A DNA stretch of 53,425 bases, the filler included, from Sphacelaria rigidula (lineage: Eukaryota), in the NCBI GenBank assembly GCA_964200075.2. It is 4 parts of 4 records of this genome, joined end to end, with 100 filler letters (N's around TTAATTAATTAA, not from the genome) between each part and the next. Parts side by side here need not be neighbours in the genome. Positions count along the whole stretch, not along the records: positions 40,146 to 53,425 come from CAXNAA020002999.1; 3 more parts are not named here. One strand, 5' to 3'. Under the pieces are notes generated by a model. It saw nothing but the letters and a program-made list of their open reading frames with translations, had not been told where the DNA came from and did no database searches. How positions within the stretch are numbered: position 1 is the first letter of the stretch; the number at the start of each line of letters is the position of its first letter. A program made the position numbers and the translations under genes. Of the stretch, positions 48,248 through 53,425 are shown piece after piece.

Positions 48248-48975
48248 GGCCAACTCTAATGGCAGCCGTTCAAAATTCCTGTTCTAAACTGCCTTTTTTG
48301 TCCCTTCTCCGTCGATTACGCCTGAAAAGAAGGCTGGGCTGATGTTGACGCCTTGGATTGACTTGCTCTACTCGTTGAGGCCGTTTTAGGGCAACTTTGT
48401 ATTTCCCGCTGGCCGCATTTTTGTTTCTGGCCAAATGAGGCGAGGCACGGATTTTCAGTGAAAAACAGTCAGTCAGGTGATCAAATTTTCAAATTTCCCC
48501 CTGTTTTCTGATCCCTTGACCGTTTTTTGTTTGAAATCCGTGTTTGGCCAAAAATGAAAGTGCGGCCAGCGGGAAATGCAAGGTTGCCCTGGAACGGCCT
48601 CAACAAGTAGAGCAGGTCATTCCGAGGCGTCAACGTCCGCCGAGCCCTCTTTTCAGGAGTAATGCTGCGATAGGGTCTGCGCTTTTGCGGCCTGAGAGGA
48701 AATCGGGATTTAGGCATGTCGAATCACCTTTGTTTGACTCTCACCACAGTTCTTAGATCCTCAGGGTGGAACATGCATCCATGACCCATGAGATAATTCC
48801 AGTCTGAGGTTCGGGCGGAGGTCACAATATTTTCAGATATTGAATTTTCTCAGGCCGGTTTTGGTCCCAAAAGTGCAAACCCTATCGCAGCATCACTCTC
48901 AGGCGTAAAACGACGGAGAAGGGTCAAAAGGCAGTTTTGAGCAGGAATTTTGAACGGCTCCGATTAGAGTCAGTC
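48248..48975. mobile_element. Fold-back element (~480 bp without the insert), possibly Harbinger-like
   Basis: AGCCGTTCAAAATTCCTG...ATTTCCCGCTGGCCGCA pairs with TGCGGCCAGCGGGAAAT...CAGGAATTTTGAACGGCT. Left end TTA|GGCCAACTCTAA, right end TTAGAGTCAGTC|GTA. Confidence 0.8.
48657..48898. mobile_element. Second GAG...CTC MITE subfamily with 4-bp TSD TCAG, nested in the fold-back
   Basis: GAGTAATGCTGCGATAGGGTCTGCGCTTTT...AAAAGTGCAAACCCTATCGCAGCATCACTC. TCAG at 48653-48656 and 48899-48902. Confidence 0.85.
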
Positions 48976-49408
48976 GTAGGATCCGAGGATTTTTTCATGA
49001 CCCTTATCGCCCCCCCCCTCCCCTCCCCCCATTTTTGCGCGTGTCCCATCCACGTTTTCCATTTTCTTAGTCTCAAGTTGGAAACGCGCATGGACTTTCT
49101 TTGCATGGCGTTGTTCGTTTCCACTCCCAAACTGGAAAGTGGGCACACCCAAAAATCAGCACTACTATTAGGCTTCCACTTACTATGCTACACGTTTTTT
49201 TTTTAAGAATTCGTTCATCTTGAAAATAATGTGGAGTCGCTAATAAGTGAAACCGTGCTAGCATAATAAGTAGAAGCCTAACTACTATACATTGCTTGTT
49301 CAGGCTCGGTTCAGGGGGCGTTCACTTACGGGTTTCGTTTCCCATATTCTTCACCCATTTCCGTCCAGATTCCATCTTAGGACGAAAATAGGTGTACAAG
49401 AAAGCCTG

Positions 49409-49619
49409 TAAAGGCAGGTCGAGTAGAATGTACTCAATTGCGGGGTATTTTGAATGTCGTAGCTGAAGTACACAAATTGGGGCTAGGGTTTTAGGGGTCG
49501 CTTTCCAGTTATTTTTTGGGTACGACTTTCAACACTGTACCCTAATTTGAGTACTCGTACCTCAAGTCCGTCTTTCTAAATACCCCACAATTGAGCAAAC
49601 TCTACTCGACCTGCCCTTG
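49409..49619. mobile_element. hAT-like MITE with 8-bp TSD AAAGCCTG
   Basis: TAAAGGCAGGTCGAGTAGAATGTACTCAATTGCGGGGTATTT...AAATACCCCACAATTGAGCAAACTCTACTCGACCTGCCCTTG. AAAGCCTG at 49401-49408 and 49620-49627. Confidence 0.88.
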
Positions 49620-51729
49620 AAAGCCTGTTGATATATTAATAACGGTCCTTATTACAACATGCAGTTTGGGGCACGCAGTCCCTCTACTGCACAGACCGTG
49701 ACTGCGCTGCACATCTAGACATGGTCTTGCTGTTCTCGGTGGTGGCCATAAGCTTTTGGGCTCTTGCGCTACGGGCATGACACGGTATGATGGGACGTGG
49801 TGGGATATGAACGTGGGCCCCATCCCGTTCAACATGAAACAAACCCTTCCTTTTCACTGGCGGACAAAGCAAAAGTGCATGGAATTTCTCCAAAAGTACA
49901 AAAGTACACCCATCGTTGAGGACGATCCTTACATGCGCCAATGTGAGCTCGGAATCACACTTTGCATGGGGGGCACCCTATGCAACCCCCCTACCCGTGG
50001 GCTCCCAGTATGGATGCCTTGGGTTCAGGTTCAGGTTCGGGTTCGGGTTCGGGTTCGATCAAAAGAAGTATATGGCAACCGCAAAAAATCGCGATTGACA
50101 CGTTCATGGATACAATGTTTTCGTGAGATTGATAGAGCGTTGATTGAGAGTGGGTCCGATTATTCGCGTTAACTAAACCAGTTTCTCGTTCTGTGTATGC
50201 TTTTCTTTGCTTTGAACACCGGCGTGTGCTTACAGCTACACGTCCATATCCTACTCTAGAATATCAAGGGCTTCAATGGCAAGCTACTACAGAAAGCGTA
50301 TCGGGCCTCGTGGGGGGTCGTTTCGGAAGTGAAGCGATTTATTCATTAATTGACCGCTTCGCACTCTCAATCGTACCTCCTACTATCAACCTCACGAAAA
50401 CGCTGTTTACAGCAATATTTCCGGTAGATACGGCCGAGCGACAGCAAGATGCATGTATGTACTGTATGCGCTTCAATTATATATTTTGTACGTATGAACA
50501 AAACCATACCGGTTCTCCCCCCCTTTGACTTACGCTATAGAACCCCCTCCGCTCCGAGAGAAGACACGAGCAAAATGCCACCCCCGTTGTAGACGAACGC
50601 CGCGGGACATCTACAACAAAACCAGAGTCGCACGACGTCACGTCTCATCCTCTACACTAATCTTTCCATTTCACCCTACTGTCAAACGGAAAACGCGCCA
50701 CTCACGACATAAACGCATATACCGAGAATAAATAAAACCCCAAGGAACGAGGGGGAAATGCCCCAAGTCTACTGTGTCGCTATCGGGGCATAATGTGCAT
50801 AATAGGTATGTTTACGTAGAGTGGCTCAACGCCTCCGAGTAGAAGACATAAACAGGCGCAAGAAAAATGTATATACTGTACTGTACAGACAGCACAGTGA
50901 CTACGGAACGCGGGCAAGGAACAAGCGCGGGATATAAATGAGAGATGAACAGAACACAAGTACGTGAAGCCAGAGGGAAAGATCGGAAACGTGCGTAGTC
51001 TCCTGTGCGAGAGAATCGGAGACAACACCGAACCTTTCGCACCTAGAACTATATACGCCAAATCCTAACACTAACCCTACCCCTCCCTGCCCACCACCCC
51101 ACTCCATCTCCCTTTAGGTCACTCGCCCATCCTCCCAACTCGGTCGTACAGGGGGCGACCATTTCAACGGAGATAATCATTGCGCCAAGTTCGGCCAAGC
51201 AGCACAGCTCGAGTATCACAAACAGAGGGGGGGGGGGGGCTCTGTGCCTTCGAACGCGCACCGCACACTGCATGCCACGTGCTGTCTCTGCGGAAGAAAA
51301 ATAAACGCACACACACCAGGCTGACATAGTTTTCACTGTTTCCTATTTTCCCCCCTCCCTCACAAACGCGACTCAAACCACACATCATCGCTCTTGTGAC
51401 TGCGGCATCTCTCGGCATCCGACCGTAGAGAACGAGGCATCGTTCCATAGCGGTGGCGGCAGCAGCGGCAGCAGCAGCACAGAGTGCAACAGAGCTGCTG
51501 CTGCTACCACACACACACACAGCGCCGGAGTGACGTGACGAGTAAGCTGCGATGAACGCACGCCCACCGTGCCCGCTGTCCGTTTTGTGCCCGCTCATTT
51601 GGTTGAAAGACGATGGCACAACCAATTAACGAGACAACCTAATAACATTCCAGCAGTTGCACGCCACTATTGCTTCTAGCCAACACTCATCGAGCGGCGC
51701 TCCGTATGCGCAGAGGGCAGGCATCTCAC

Positions 51730-51873
51730 TCAAGGCATCGCCTCGGAGAGGATTTCTATGAGCTCGGTCTTGCGCTCGGCCAGCGACGCCCCGAAGTGCG
51801 CCTCCAGTTGACCCTTCATCATCTTGAACGTCACCTGGGAGACATCTTCCGACAGCGCGATCACCTCCTCCAC
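51730..51873 (-). CDS. Terminal exon encoding a DEK C-terminal (DEK_C) domain; upstream exons not identified
   Basis: ACAG|VEEVIALSEDVSQVTFKMMKGQLEAHFGASLAERKTELIEILSEAMP* fits the DEK_C pattern (D...vT.K.....Le..fg..L..rK..i...l); GC3-rich codons; too short for the ORF track. Confidence 0.75.
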   Translation of the reverse strand: MEEVIALSEDVSQVTFKMMKGQLEAHFGASLAERKTELIEILSEAMP

Positions 51874-52951
51874 CTGTCGAAACCATCGATCGGTACAGAC
51901 ATCAGCTCGCGAGTGTTACATGTGTACATGTCAGGGCAGGGCGTAACTTTCCGGCAACCCTTGACACCCTGGACAATAGGTTACATACGAAAAAAAGCGC
52001 AGTGCGTACAGTATGGGGTATTCTGTCTATTGCAACAAAAGATGCGATGGTCGATACTGTACGCAGTACCTTTTTTCAAAGTACAGTGTAATCTATTGCC
52101 CAGGGGAGGGTGTGTGTGTGTGTGCAACCTTTCGATTCCAACCTGTGCGGCGTATTTAATCTATTTTGTACGAGTACGCCGATCCAATTTATAACTTACG
52201 CCGATGCAAAGCTTCTGGTGATCGCGACTGGAGTTTGATGCCCCATCACATATTGTGGCTATGGCTGGGCTTCTCGGGGGATAAGTTAATGTGCGACAAT
52301 CAGTAAATGAAGGCGAGTCACAGCTATCCTCTACCGTGAACATCCCCGAAACCTGAAGCGAGAGCACTGGAAGAGTCAAAGAATTTCACCTCTTGACGTT
52401 AGCTTTTAATCACAAGGCTGTCTTCCATTTTTTTTCATTGTTTCTGCTGTTGGTGGACGCGAAAGCAAATAAGAAACGTGCGGGGCCCCTCCCCCCGTCT
52501 CCCCCCCCCCTCCAAGCTCTATTCTTTCACGTCGTGCGTCCCCCCCAGACCGAAACGGCCTTTTTTTCTTCATCTGCATTGGCATTACACCACCATCGGA
52601 TAAAGAAATCTTGGGAGCAAAAAACAGGCACATGCTGCAAAATCAAAGCACTGGAGAAGTCTAGCTCATTGTCGTCGAAACCTTTTACTTCGTTTTCGAA
52701 CTTTTGGACTCGAGATTCGGATATTCACGGGGGCCGACGGCTTCGTTCACTTGCATGTCCTGGCAACATGGTTGTAGGGTCTTATCAACGCCTGCGCAGT
52801 TGCGGAATCGATATATCTCTACCATCTCTCTTCCCCGAGGGTTGTCGGTGTGCCCTTGGGCTTGGGCCTGGGACTGGGGTTAGGATGAGGGCGTTACAAA
52901 CGCACAATGTCATAGCGGTTACGCATTTGAGGGGAAATAAAAAATAAAAGA

Positions 52952-53010
52952 GGGGGGAGGGGTGTACTCATGATCATGCTTGCCATAGTCATCAGACCAT
53001 TGACCTCGCA
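52952..53010 (-). repeat. Short LINE-like 3'-terminal tag
   Basis: Minus strand TGCGAGGTCAATGGTCTGATGACTATGGCAAGCATGATCATGAGTACACCCCTCCCCCC, near-identical to 26788-26840. Confidence 0.6.
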
Positions 53011-53425
53011 AGAGGGGGGAAGGGGGAAAGGAACTGGATGGCCGACATGGCGGCGAAAAACCAACACAAACACACACACGAGACCTCCCCCTCCCCTCCG
53101 CCCCCCTCACTTGCCACCGCTTCGACTCGTCACTCGGGTCTTGACAACCTCGGCCAAGAACCAATCAGCCTATATTTCAATCCGTCCACTTGGTTTCATG
53201 TGGCACCAACATACACACATACGTCACCCTATAAACCGAAAGCCAGGCTCTTTTCCTCATGATGTACTGTTTCAAAGTCATCCCTCTCGATTTCCACTCC
53301 CCCCCCCCTCCCCCCCAAATTAGCCTTGGCCTGGTCCGGCGAGAACCCGGCGTGCTCCGTCCCGGCTTTGAAGGAGCGGATCCCCTATGGGGTTGACGTC
53401 GGTTGGCGATGACGCTGTATAACAC

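Overview
Intron-rich eukaryotic genomic DNA. It is most likely from a brown alga (Phaeophyceae/Ectocarpus-like); this is inferred from the TTAGGG-type repeats, many short exons in 0.3-2.5 kb introns and the repeat families. The window is four contigs joined by artificial 100-nt linkers (N44-TTAATTAATTAA-N44), so adjacency across 13.3, 26.7 and 40.1 kb is unproven. By hand-splicing I can support: (1) a 5'-truncated 8-exon coiled-coil/disordered protein gene (+, 263-9369) with a GC-AG intron and a 32-nt microexon; (2) the 3' end of a convergent unknown gene (-, 9877-11515), also with a GC-AG intron; (3) a small-exon hypothetical gene missing from the ORF track (+, 22.8-25.8 kb); (4) an 11-exon, 3'-truncated outer dynein arm docking/assembly gene of the CCDC151/ODAD3/ODA10 type (+, 30053-39804), with a possible divergent coiled-coil gene upstream; (5) a secreted protein with two tandem F5/8-type-C-like beta-sandwich repeats built from a duplicated 3-exon module (-, 40372-46431); (6) the last exon of a DEK_C-domain gene (-, 51730-51873). 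The rest is dense in mobile DNA: a 4.06-kb Gypsy-type LTR element lacking RT/RNase H and nested in a LINE 3' end, a tRNA-headed SINE family (3 copies), a MITE family carrying telomere-like repeats, GAG...CTC MITEs with 4-bp TSDs, a hAT-like MITE with an 8-bp TSD, and several long fold-back palindromes. I found no CRISPR array, rRNA or intact tRNA, and no clearly new multi-gene system. The most unusual signals are the non-autonomous elements, the hairpins and the modular secreted protein. All family assignments come from motif recognition, not database searches.
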